Shown here: in pieces, positions 12,250 through 23,900 of the stretch
Layout: each line of letters opens with the position of its first letter
Numbering within the stretch: the first letter of the stretch is position 1
Source: Octopus sinensis
Taxonomy: Eukaryota
Direction of reading: 5' to 3'
Length of the DNA stretch: 64,000 nucleotides
Assembly (NCBI RefSeq): GCF_006345805.1
Contig: NW_021835970.1
Span: 35,905-99,904 of the forward strand
The notes under the pieces: model-generated
Database searches by the model: none
Seen by the model: only the letters and a program-made list of their open reading frames with translations
Told to the model about the DNA's origin: nothing
Position numbers and translations under genes: made by a program

Positions 12250-12680
12250 GTAATAATTATTGTTTTTTATATATAAATAATATATGTCCTCGTCTACGAA
12301 TATGGGAGAATTGTGTCCTTCCTCGTCGAACAGTAAAAGGTGGAATGATCTGATGGACTTTGGGGATATATTGGGGATGTATTAACTACATATTAATGGC
12401 TAGAGAAGGTTTGGTTACACTTTTTTTTATATTCAATTATTAATACATTATTTTTACTTTTTTATTAAGGTTTTCGGGATCAAAAAACAAAAAAATTAAT
12501 ATTAATGTTATACTCCTTTGTGGATTTGAACCCATGACGTCTGAGAACTGTTCTCGTTGTCCGAATGATTCATCACACCTTAAAATGAGTTTTCTTAGTT
12601 GCTTGTTACTACAACAGATCTACATTTTAAAAGTAATGTAACATTAAAAAATTATTAGTAATAACTTTAAACATTTATCA
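12250..12680. repeat. Segment duplicated in inverted orientation at ~40195-40625
   Basis: Reverse-complement match with few substitutions. Confidence 0.85.
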
Positions 12681-12699
12681 TAAACTAATAAAGCAAAAA

Positions 12700-13224
12700 C
12701 TTTGTCGTTCTGGGAAAAAGTATGGAGCAAAAGGCGCGAAATATCCGTGCCACTGGGCAATGTTAGTAAAAGAATAACCGGCAGTGAAGACATGTTGCCA
12801 GATTTAACAAATAATTACATAATGGAGATCATTAAATATCTTCCTGACTGGAAGGCACCGGGATGTGACGGAATATATAATTTCTTCATTAAAAGACCAG
12901 AATCTCTGCATGAATTTTTTATGTGTTGAAATCAAGAAAATAATCAACGGTGATTACATGCCAGAAAACTGGTTTTATACTGGAATTACATATCTAATTC
13001 CTAAAAAGAACGATTGTGAGACCCCGAAAGATTTACGGCCTATAACATGCATGTCGACACTTTATAAGTTAGTTACCAAGTGTATTAATGGAAAACTGTC
13101 TGAGTTTATGGATGTATTTAGCTTAATTTCCGACAATCAACTTGGTACAAAGAGACAGTGTCAGGGTGCTAAAGAACAGGCCCTTATTAACCAATGTTTC
13201 CGAACTTTAGCTTCGAAAGATTAG
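12700..13224 (+). mobile_element. RT fragment of an R4/NeSL-like RLE-type retrotransposon
   Basis: WKAPGCDGIYNFFIK, YLIPK..LRPITCMSTLYK, NQLG..GAKEQALIN. Confidence 0.85.
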
Positions 13225-13779
13225 TGTAGATAGATCAAGCATCTATGTTTCTGATTAATCTCGAAGCTTTAGACATTAGCTTTTAAATCGCATATAAGCA
13301 AGCATCGACGTTTTTCAGGAAATTCTGTGTTAATATCCCTTTCAAAAAAACTGATTGTTGAACATTAAATTGTTAAAAAAACCAATAAAAAAATAAGTGA
13401 CTATCTAAATAAGCCTCAATTCTCTATAAGTCGAATACTTCGTCAATGGAAAAAAATCCGAAGATATTAATAGCAAACCTCTTAGTGGAGTTTATTTTTT
13501 TTAATTAAATGATTTACACAACCAATACATTTTCAGTTTGCACGCATGCGGAAAAAGAGAGAGCCAAGTCTGAAATTTCTTTTATTTGACAGTACTTAAG
13601 GTAAAAAACAGGAAAATTTCTTTCGCAGGAATAAACAAATATAAAAACATTTTCCATGAAAAATAACATTAATAAAAAACGAATGAAATAACTATTGAAA
13701 ACTATGACTCTTTAACAAAAATGCTCAAATATGTCTTTTTTACCGAGCAGAAAGTAATAATTAATCAATAAAATTTTAA

Positions 13780-14150
13780 TTTATTAAAAAAATTGTAACT
13801 ATTGCTTAAATTGATGAATTTTGCGAGATTACAGACTAAATTACTAGTGTACTAATTAAGGAAAAAACAGAGAACGATCAGATCCCGGTCAAAAGAATAG
13901 CTTGCGCGTTGCCGCGCATGAAAACGTTTCCGGACTAAAGTGGAAGTGAATTATGAATTTGATTTTTTAACCTGTGTCAGAGAAAAACCCACCCCTGGCA
14001 TTCGAGATCTGGAATATTAAGTTGTACATTATTTATCAAATTAACTCCAAGATGACATTGAAAAAACTGCATCACAATTAACAGAGCTTGGTTCACTCTC
14101 TTCGGTTCGTACAGATCTTTTGTCATACTATATTGGTTAAAGTAAGTTCC
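13780..14150. repeat. Repeat S, lying upstream of the R promoter (also ~22680-22930, 26050-26400, 29400-29760, 43350-43470)
   Basis: Shared GATCCCGGTCAAAAGAATAGCTTGCGCGTTGCCGCGCATG block. Confidence 0.8.
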
Positions 14151-14455
14151 ACAGTCATTTTCCACCAATTTACTAAATAATTAAAATTAATTTATTCAAG
14201 TTTAATGCAACTTGGGTCACTCGTCTTCTGAAAAAGTTAAATTTGTTGACTTAAATAGCAATATCAAAAAAATGACAAATTGGGAAATTAATTTTTTTAA
14301 AAATAAAATGAATAACAACGTAATTAAGAAATGCCAAATCGCATAAAAAAGCTTATTCGAAACGTAAAGAAAAAAAGTAAATTTACAAAAAAATAACACT
14401 CATAGATGAATTAAAACACAAAACTGATCACCAACGCGTAATAGCGACCACTCCA

Positions 14456-15036
14456 ATGCAGTTAAGCATTATTGAACTCCAAAAACAAGCCCGTAAACAG
14501 ATGACCGTACAAGAAAAACTCCTGCAAGTAGTGGACAGTTTTGACGTTCTGTCCCAATCAGAGGCCAACTACTTAGTCCTAGACCAGAAATTACTTGACA
14601 GAGCTAAAATAATCGAAAATCCACCAACATATGCCCCTTCAAAACACAGCCTTAGTCTTGAATCTATCAAAGCTCCAATTCAAAGAAAGCCTTACAAACC
14701 TCGTGTTAAACCACATTCAACAAGCGCGTTTGTACTTTCCTCAATTATATTTAGTATAATTTGTATGTTTATATTTTAGCTGTAATCGCACTTTTGGTAA
14801 ACCATAACGAATTCAGACCACAAATGAACGACATTAAACCCATTGAACAGATTTGTGAAAAAATGTCTCTACATATATTGATTACAAATAACCAAGTGAA
14901 TGTCACATATATGAAGGCTCTGAATGCTGGATGGTTGGAATATGAGAATTCAGATGTCAACGAACTTAGTTATTTTATTGGTTCGAATATAAAAATGTCG
15001 GAATATTTGGACCTGGATATTATCTTGTGAATAGAA
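14456..15036 (+). pseudogene. Hypothetical protein with one hydrophobic helix and a 17-nt intron (14763-14779); cut by LINE-B
   Basis: Removing GTATGTTTATATTTTAG joins ORF 14456 to ORF 14761 in frame (SIISVIALL). Confidence 0.6.
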
Positions 15037-15840
15037 AGCGCGTAGCATCGGATTTTCTCGCATTTCCTGTAAATTTTCTCGAGATCTTTCGAGTAGTACC
15101 ATGCTTCCATTCCGTACAGCAAGCTGGGTAGGATGGTTGCATGGAACACAAAGAGGAATGTCTTAGGATCCAGATGCATGCTTCTTAAAAGGCGGAGAGC
15201 CGCAATGGCTTTCGCTCTCTTTTTCTTTACATGCAGACGGTAGCCCGAGTTAGTGTCGATCGTAAGCCCCAGGTAGCGTATGCAGCTGGGGTGCCCAATA
15301 TCGGCTAGGGGCCCAGAGCTCTGATCTGATGACTTTTTCGAGTTGATTTGTAGGAAAGCGGATTTATCCATTGCTAACGAGAGCTGTTTGATGGCGCACC
15401 ACTCCTTTATTACCTCAATGTAGGTGAAAAGCCTCTTTTCTGAGGCCATCACATCTTTTGAGGTGTCAAGGATAAGGACGTCATCAGCATAGAGAAGTAG
15501 ATTTGTCCGAGGGTCCCGGGGCAAAGGGAAACTGCTCATAACCAAATTGAAAAGAAGTGGACTGAGGCAGGACCCCTGCGGAACCCCTCTTTGGAGTGAA
15601 ATATCTCTTGAGCGGAAACCAGATTCGGAGATAAACGAGTATCTTTCGGAGAGAAAGCGGCGCAGACAGAGGTAGAGTTCCGCTGTAGGCACACAGAGTT
15701 GGATCCTTTCCAGTAGGTCTCTGTGCCAGACGGTGTCGAAAGCTTTTGAAATGTCCAGACATACAAGAGATAGAGTTTCTTTAAATTCCATTGCTCTCGA
15801 AATTATGGACTGTACCGTTATGAAACAGTCACTGCCTTAT
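15037..15840 (-). mobile_element. LINE-B, 5'-truncated RT region
   Basis: 273-aa ORF with LDISKAFD, GVPQG, YADD, YLG; 5' junction in the H3-type promoter. Confidence 0.92.
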
Positions 15841-16991
15841 TAAACAACCTTATTCCGAATTTTTTTGAGTAATGCAAAAAAGTATCATTCCGAAAATTTT
15901 TTGGTTAATTCACTCATCATTTTTAAAAATAAGTAATTAAATATTAAAAAAATATTTTATTAGAACCATCAAATAATTGTAACTATTTCTTAAATTGATG
16001 AATTTTACGAGATTACAGATTAAATTACTAGTGTACTAATTAAAGAACTTTTGTTTATAAATCCCATTCCGTGGAGCGAGAGGAATTATATGCGATATAT
16101 TGAAAGTAATAATATGTTTGGTCTATAGTTATAGGACACACTCATAATTGGCGACGACCTTTGCCAGTTTTTCGCTTGCTTAGAATTTAACATTAATTAT
16201 TTTGACTGTTAAGACACATATTTGTGTCCAGAACTTGTTGAAATGATTCAAAAATCTGGCGGCGAAAAGAAGTCATTGAAAGAAACGCCCAGAATCATTT
16301 GGACTTCGACTTCGAAAATTATGACTCGTGGTCAGGAATAAGAGCTGCGCGTGATCTTTACTAATTAGTCGATTCTATAAAAAACAATAGATTAGATTGG
16401 TAAATTTTTAAAATTTGTCCGAATTTTATTTTTTTAACCTTGTGTGCTCTGCAGGCTAAATCAGTTCGATACACCCAAGGCCTGTGACATTATAATTTAT
16501 AAAAATAAAATAATTAAATTCGTGTTCAGTTTAAAAAAAATCTAGAAAAAAATATAACAATAATGATTAAAATTTAAAGAAATTGATCATTTTAGATTTT
16601 AGGGCGCTAAAATACAAGATCGCCAAATCCGGGAACAAATAAATAAAATTTTGCCATAAGAATATAAAGAATATAACTTTCTATCAAAAACAAGGTAAAA
16701 TTCAATGAATAAAGATAAATGAAAAGATTTGAAATAAGCGAAATAAACAAATTGAAAGAATAAACTCGCAAATATTACAAAATGATGAAATTTCAGATAA
16801 TTTATTAATTAAAAGAAACTACATCGCAAAATATTCCTTCTAATTTAATTAAATAAAAAAATAAAGATTGACCAAATAATGGCAAATTGTGAAACAGACT
16901 TAAGAGCAGATTGTTTCCTTGGAAATTTTGCTCCAGTAGATTTTCGAGAAGTTTGTTTAGTTCTAGCCATATTTTTTTATTTCAGACAGAA
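15841..16991 (-). repeat. Repeat R copy
   Basis: 16050-16990 is an inverted repeat of 17390-18330. Confidence 0.88.
16845..16970 (-). pseudogene. H3-tail-only ORF (41 aa) with a hydrophobic end
   Basis: MARTKQTSRKSTGAKFPRKQSALKSVSQFAIIWSIFIFLFN*. Confidence 0.8.
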
Positions 16992-17205
16992 TGAATGAAG
17001 AATTTTATTGTAAGAAAGAAGAGCGAGACAGAAACTTAGTGCGGAAAGTAATTTTGACGAGACGATTGCTTTGGGCATTTGAGCTCTTCAATGGTTCGTC
17101 CGCTTTGTCTGTCTATGAGCAGGGACACCTGCTATTCTCCACGATCGATGAATAGGTCAGTTACTTTAGAGCGTTTCCGAAAAGTTCGGATAGAAGCCTC
17201 GATGG
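16992..17205 (-). mobile_element. LINE-B 3' end, 21 nt upstream of the psiH3 ATG
   Basis: AATAAAATTCTTCATTCATTC tail; matches 44075-44289. Confidence 0.9.
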
Positions 17206-17214
17206 TCTGCGGTT

Positions 17215-18330
17215 AAATTTAAGAAATAGTTACAATTATTTGATGTTGCTAATAAAATATTATTTTAAAAATATTTAATTTTTTATTTTTAAAATTTTCG
17301 GAATGATACTTTTTTGCATTACTCGAAAAAATTCGGAATAACGTTGTTTAAAAATTCGGAATAATATAAAACAAAAATAACTCGTCTGAATTGGTTCTGT
17401 CTGAAATAAAAAAATATGGCTAGAACTAAACAAACTGCTCGAAAATCTACTGGAGCAAAATTTCCAAGGAAACAATCTGCTCTTAAGTCTGTTTCACAAT
17501 TTGCCATTATTTAGTCAATCTTTATTTTTTTATTTAATTGGATTAGAAGGAATATTTTGCGATGTAGTTTCTTTTAATTAATAAATTATCTGAAATTTCA
17601 TCATTTTGTAATATTTGCGAGTTTATTCTTTCAATCTGTTCATATCGCTTATTTGAAATTTTTTCATTTATCTTTATTCATCGAATTTTACCTTGTTTTT
17701 GATAGAAAGTTCTATTCTTTATATTCTTATGGCTAACTTTTATTTATTTATTCCCGGATTTGGCGATCTTGTATTTTAGCGCCCTAAAATCTAAAATGAT
17801 CAATTTCTACCAAATTTTAATCATTATTGTTATATTTTTTTCTAGATTTTTTTTAAACTGAACACGAATTTAATTATTTTATTTTTATAAATTATAATGT
17901 CACAGGCCTTGGGTGTATCGAACTGATTTAGCCTGCAGAGCACACGAGGTTAAAAAAATAAAATTCGGACAAATTTTAAAAATTTACCAATCTAATCTAT
18001 TGTTTTTTATAGAATCGACTAATTAGTAAAGATCACGCGCAGCTCTTATTCCTGACCACGAGTCATAATTTTCGAAGTCGAAGTCCAAATGATTCTGGGC
18101 GTTTCTTTCAATGACTTTTTTTCGCTGCCAGATTTTTGCATCATTTCAACAAGTTCTGGACACAAATATGTGTCGAAACAGTCAAAATAATTAATGTTAA
18201 ATTCTAAGCAAGCGAAAAACTGGAAAAGGTTGTCGCCAATTATGAGTGTGTCCTATAACTATAGACCAAACATATTATTACTTTCAATATATCACATATA
18301 ATTCCTCTCGCTCCACGGAATGGGATTTAT
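17215..18330 (+). repeat. Repeat R copy with intact promoter and H3-tail ORF
   Basis: Three TTCGGAAT boxes (17299, 17334, 17357) followed by ATG 17416. Confidence 0.88.
17416..17514 (+). pseudogene. H3-tail-only ORF (32 aa)
   Basis: [32 protein letters not shown]. Confidence 0.8.
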
Positions 18331-18339
18331 AAACAAAAT

Positions 18340-18630
18340 ATTAAAACAGCGATACATAAGAAATTATTTCAAGTACAATGATTAGGCCTTGTTTATCACT
18401 TGGTAGTTTTGTAACTCCTCCTTTGTCATCTCTCTCGATCGACCGTGGAGGTCGACAACAAAATTGGTATAGAAAGTGTGATCATTGATGTAATGCTCGA
18501 ACCTCTCATAATAACTATTGAATACTGGAGTGATCTAATAAATATAAACGTTCAGATAAAATTACTTGAAAATTTTTTTTTAATTCAGGATGGTCAATGA
18601 AGTGGCGATCATCAGAATCATATGGATTTA
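18340..18630. repeat. Repeat T (also ~24270-24560, 35440-35740, 41900-42220)
   Basis: Shared GATCGACCGTGGAGGTCGACAACAAAATTGG block. Confidence 0.8.
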
Positions 18631-18723
18631 TATACCATAATGACCCGTATTTAACATTCTATTGTATCTCGCAATTAATGCAATTCACACTAGCACATAT
18701 TACTAATTTAAAAATGTATAATA

Positions 18724-19590
18724 TGTCGCGCCCATAGCTGGCGACCATACCACGCTGGCGATAATGGTGACCTACATTGTTGACAGCGTGACCTACATAG
18801 TTTGACATTCAATTAAAAACGAAAATAATTTATTATAAAAAGGGTTTAGTGTCATTTTAATTAGAAAAATGGTATCTTCCAAAAGATGTTGTATTAGTAT
18901 AGTCTCAATCCTTAGGTTACGTGAAAAATGACAGTGAATACCAAAATATTGTAAATGCACTACTCCAAATACCGGTACAAACTACATCTAAATCCGAAAA
19001 ATACAAATTTATTAAAAAAGCTAATCAATTTATGATAATTGATGATCGGTATATTTGATATTCCTAATTCATAGTCTCTATCTAAAGGACGATAATAACC
19101 AAAAACACAAATTGGTTATCTGTTTGGACAATGAAATGGAGATGAAGACACTGGCATTCGCTATTCACCAAGAATGCCACTGGGGAATACTATAGCTTCA
19201 TAAGAAGTGCTTTGAATTTTATTTTACTGTGAAGCGCCCTATTATCGAACAGATTATAAAAGACTGCGAAATTTGTAAATTTGCTGGCCCATTAAAAGTA
19301 TTTTTGATTAAATATACTTAGGAATCCGATTCTAATTACCATGTAACGGCAAGAAGTCCAAATGAAAGATTCCAGGCGGATCTTATTGACGTTAGAAGAT
19401 ATAAAGATTTTAACGATGGATATAATTGGATATTAACAATTATTGACATCTACAGCAAATTTGTGGTTTGCAAATCCTTAAAAAATAAATCTGCTTTCAA
19501 TAAAACTTAACATTTAGTTTTAGAAGTTAAAAATAAATTAAAAAAAAATTTTCGTCAAATTGGATATTGTCAAATTTTGCAAACTAAATA
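18724..19590 (+). mobile_element. Second Ginger2/KRBA2-like integrase element, right end missing
   Basis: Starts with TGT; HQECH..CEIC then RFQADLIDVRRY..GYNWILTIIDIYSKF after removing 26-nt (19049-19074) and 24-nt (19298-19321) introns; one in-frame TAG. Confidence 0.82.
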
Positions 19591-19599
19591 GTTAATATT

Positions 19600-21085
19600 T
19601 TTACGCAAATTCTTCTGATTGCGCTGTCAATTGGTGGTAAATTGTGTTAATGATTGTGCTAATGTGGTTTCAACTATCAAAGTGTTTTTCAAAATCTGTT
19701 AATTGCACACTCTATTCAAGGTCGTGCGTCAATTGGTGGTAAATTGTGTTAATGATTGTGCTAATGTGGTTTCAACTATTAAAGTGGTTTTTCAAAATCT
19801 GTTAATTGCACACTCTGTCAAAGTCAAATATGATAATAGCTTTAATTTTGATTCATGGTCGATAATGATATATGCATTTAATTTTAAAGAGAAAAACATA
19901 GGATGAATTGAATTTCTTTATCGCGAATAATTGGGAGTTCATCATTGTTAATATTCTCGCTGTCGTTTTCATCAAGGATATTCTTAATACGTGAGATTTT
20001 TGCCTGGAAGGTTTTAATGGACCTCATCATGAATGTCGAGGACATTCGCGTTGTTCATTTTAATCAAAATGCAGAAAATAATTTTTTGATTTTTTGGCGG
20101 GAGGTTTTAAGGACCTCATCATGTAAGTCGAGGACATCGTAGTTGTTCATTTTAACCAAAATGCAGAAAATTTTTTTTTAATTTTTTTTGGGGGGAAGGT
20201 TTTAAGGACCTCATCATGTAAGTCGAGGACATCGTAGTTGTTCATTTTAACCAAAATGCAGAAAATTTTTTTTTAATTTTTTTTGGGGGGAAGGTTTTAA
20301 GGACCTCATCATGTAAGTCGAGGACATCGTAGTTGTTCATTTTAACCAAAATGCAGAAAACTTTTTTTTAAATTTTTTTTTGGGGGGAAGGTTTTAAGGA
20401 CCTCATCATGTAAGTCGAAGATATCGTAGTTGTTCATTTTGACCAAAATGCAGAAAAATTTTTTTTAATTTTTTTTTGGGGGGAAGATTTTAAGGACCTC
20501 ATCATGTAAGTCGAGGACATCGTAGTTGTTCATTTAAACCAAAATGCAGAAAATTTTTTTTGATTTTTTTGGGGGGAAGGTTTTAAGGACCTCATCATGT
20601 AAGTCGAGGATATCGTAGTTGTTCATTTAAACCAAAATGCAGAAAATTTTTTTTTAATTTTTTTTGGGGGGAAGGTTTTAAGGACTCATCATGTAAGTCG
20701 AGGACATCGTAGTTGTTCATTTAAACCAAAATGCAGAAAATTTTTTTTAATTTTTTTTGGGGGGAAGGTTTTAAGGACCTCATCATGTAAGTCGAGGACA
20801 TCGTAGTTGTTCATTTTAACCAAAATGCAGAAAATTTTTTTTAATTTTTTTTGGGGGGAAGGTTTTAAGGACCTCATCATGTATGTCGAGGATATCGTAG
20901 TTGTTCATTTTGACCAAAATGCAGAAAAATTTTTTTAATTTTTTTTGGGGGGAAGGTTTTAAGGACCTCATCATGTAAGTCGAGGATATCGTATTGCCAA
21001 TTTGAAGTTGGTGTGCACAGACAGACAGACAGACAGAAAGACAGACAGACAGACACACACACACCATACCATTTTATTATTAAGA
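19600..21085 (-). mobile_element. Helitron 5' portion (subfamily 2)
   Basis: Minus strand A|TCTTAATAATAAAATGGTATG followed by (GTCT)n, as at 30776; 19790-19870 is homologous to 33420-33470. Confidence 0.8.
20030..20995 (-). repeat. Tandem array, ~11 x ~95 bp
   Basis: Unit AAGGTTTTAAGGACCTCATCATGTAAGTCGAGGACATCGTAGTTGTTCATTTTAACCAAAATGCAGAAAA.. Confidence 0.95.
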
Positions 21086-21257
21086 TTATTTATAAAAAAA
21101 TTAGTTAAATATTTTTAATTGGTTAGCCTATATATCAATAGTATGTATGGGAAGTAAAAATTAAAGTTATCGATGTACGTTTCTGTCTGTTGGAAATTTG
21201 TGGAAGTATATCTAAGGAAATCTGCTCTAGGTATCTTACTGTTTATTCAAATAAATT

Positions 21258-21625
21258 TTTTTTTTTTTTAAACAGAATTGTTTATTAACGAAAACAACAA
21301 AAAACTATTATGAACTGGCTCGCAGGATTGAAAGACAATTCCCGCGTAAAACAGCCAGCGAGATCCTCTGAATGAGGAATATAAATTCCCTCGGATCTCT
21401 GGAGCGGTGGGTGCACAAGCGGCCAAGTTTCTTGAGATGGGCAAGCGTCTTGGCCCCAAAAACACAGGAGGTTTCGACAGCAATTGCCCAAAAGCAAAAT
21501 CGATCGAGTAAATCAACATATTTCGATAGTTTTGCAAATTCGGCCTTCTCGGCCGACGAGCCGGGACGACAAGCCGTAGCATTTAAGGCACCCTTGGCGA
21601 AGGAGTCGGAACAGGTGACGTCCCG
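21258..21625 (-). mobile_element. CRE-2, short 5'-truncated insertion
   Basis: DVTC..AVETS..QRISLAV; poly(A) seen as poly-T at ~21256-21269; 12-bp TSD TTCAAATAAATT at 21246-57 and 21626-37. Confidence 0.92.
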
Positions 21626-21711
21626 TTCAAATAAATTATAGCGTGCAAGTATATATAACGCGCAATAATTTAATCGACGTGGTGACATTTCAAAAAATTT
21701 AGAAAAGCCAA

Positions 21712-22620
21712 ATGAAGAACGAAGAAGCAAGAAACAAAGACCCGTGTCAACTCACTCACTCTACCAGCGCATGTGCTACCTGCTCCCGAAAGAACTCTCG
21801 GAAACTGGGCCTATTCTGCTCCTCTTGTGGGGTCTACCATCATATTGGCTGCGCAAAGTTAAGGAAGAAGGCTGTCAAGGGCTTTCGTAGTTGGCTTTGC
21901 TCACCTTGTTTACGCATGTTCACCTTTTCTGAACACCGAGCAAAACGCTCTGATCCATTTTCAATCATAGACGGAGATTCAATTATTCTGCTGCTCTCTT
22001 CTATTCGAAAATCCAGAAGGATCCCTTTAAAGATCCCCAAGTCAGCCAGAGTTCCTGCTGCCTCGTGCCTCAACAGTCTTGTTGAAAGGACACTCCAGTC
22101 ACGTGACACAGAATCATGGATTCGCCTTTTCTGTTTTGCACCTCTTGGACTTGGAACTTCTGTACACTTTTCAGAAAACCGCAAGTCTTTGGATTCTGAA
22201 AATAAATCGCATCTAAAATCCCTCCTTGAACGCCCTATTGAGGAACTAATTGATCAGTCTGAGCGGCACGACGAATTTAATCGGCCACGCTTGGGAGATG
22301 AGAAGGAATGGGTCAGAGGAGAAGTTTCTCGTAAATTTATGGAGGGGGACCTGCGGGGAGCACTCCGATTTGGCTGAGGTACATAAAGTTCAGAAATATT
22401 CCAACCTGTTGGACAACTTCATCTTCTCCCCAATATCCGTAGAAACCTCCGGGGTCATGAGCCAAAAATCGTTCGAACTCGTCGGGAAAATCGGGAATCT
22501 GATTTGAGAAGACGGAGAGAGCCTCGGGAGAAGCAATGGTTGTTCCAAAGAATATCCATTGCGATCCTGAGGGTTAACGTCTTCTCGATCATCAGTAGCT
22601 TTAGATTGTGATAATCATTT
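21712..22620 (+). mobile_element. CRE-like element: PHD-containing 5' part fused to the CRE-3 3' end (RT deleted)
   Basis: CATC..CSSC..HIGC..WLCSPC, IPLKIPKSARV; at ~22372 it jumps to the VETSGVM..QRISIAI segment shared with 29150-29400. Confidence 0.85.
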
Positions 22621-22929
22621 TCGTTCTGTTTAATAAATAGTTTGAGCAATATAGTATGAGCAATGAGTTTGAGCAATGACAAAAGATCTGTACGAACCGA
22701 AGAGAGTGAACCAAGCTCTGTTAATTGTGATGCAGTTTTTTCAATGTCATCTTGGAGTTAATTTGATAAATAATGCTTAAATACAACTTAATATTCCAGA
22801 TCTCGAATGCCAGGGGTCGGTTTTTCTCTGACACAGGTTAAAAAATCAAATTCATAATTCACTTCCACTTTAGTCCGGAAACGTTTTCATGCGCGGCAAC
22901 GCGCAAGCTATTCTTTTGACCGGGATCTA

Positions 22930-23900
22930 AAATATTATTTTAAAAATTTTTAATTTTTTATTTTTAAAAATGATGAGTGAATTAACAAAAAAATTTTCGG
23001 AATGATACTTTTTTTATTACTCGAAAAAATTCGGAATAATGTTGTTTAAAAATTCGGAATAATATAAAACAAAAATAATTTGTCTGAATCGGTTCTGTCT
23101 GAAATAAAAAAATATGCCTAGAACTAAACAAACTGCTCGAAAATTATTAAAATGGATTAGAAGGAATGTTTTGCAATGTAGTTTCTTTTAATTATTAAAT
23201 TATCTGAAATTTCATTCTGGTAATATTTGAGTTTATTCTTTCGATCTGTTTATATCGCTTATTTGAAATCTTCTCATTTATCTTTATTAATTGAATTTTA
23301 CCTTATTTTTTGATAGAAAGTTCTATTCTTTATATTCTTATGGCAAACTTTTATTTATTTGTTCCCGGATTTGGCGAACTTGTATTTTAGCGCCCTAAAC
23401 TCTAAAATGATTCATTTCTACCAAATTTTAATCATTATTGTTATTTTTTTTTCTAGAATTTTTTTTAGACTGACACGAATTTAATTATTGTCATATTATT
23501 TTTATAAATTATAATGTCACAGGCCTTGGGTGTATCGAACTGATTTAGCCTGCAGAGCACACGAGGTTAAAAAAAATAAAATCCGGACAAATTTTAAAAA
23601 TTTACTAATCTAATCTATTGTTTCGTATAGAATCGACTAATAAGTATAGATCACGCGCAGCTCTTATTCGTGACCACGAGTCATAATTTTTGAAGTCGAA
23701 GTCCAGAATGATTTTGGCAGTTTCTTTCAATGACTTCTTTTCGCTGCCAGTTTTTTGCATCATTTCAACGAGTTCTGGACACAAATATGTGTCGAAGCAG
23801 TCAAAATAATTAATGTTAAATTCTAAGCAAGCGAAAAACTGGCTAAGGTCGTCGCCAATTGTGAGTGTGTCCTATAACTATAGACCAAACATATTATTAC
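22930..23900 (+). repeat. Repeat R copy (psiH3 reduced to ~10 codons, [10 protein letters not shown])
   Basis: Promoter boxes at 22990-23060; homology to 17260-18270. Confidence 0.85.

Noticed and set aside
12500-12590. tRNA gene or SINE head (minus GGGTTCAAATCCAC B-box-like; twin at ~40320)
   Set aside because: No A-box, D-arm or 7-nt anticodon loop; only a T-arm-like remnant.
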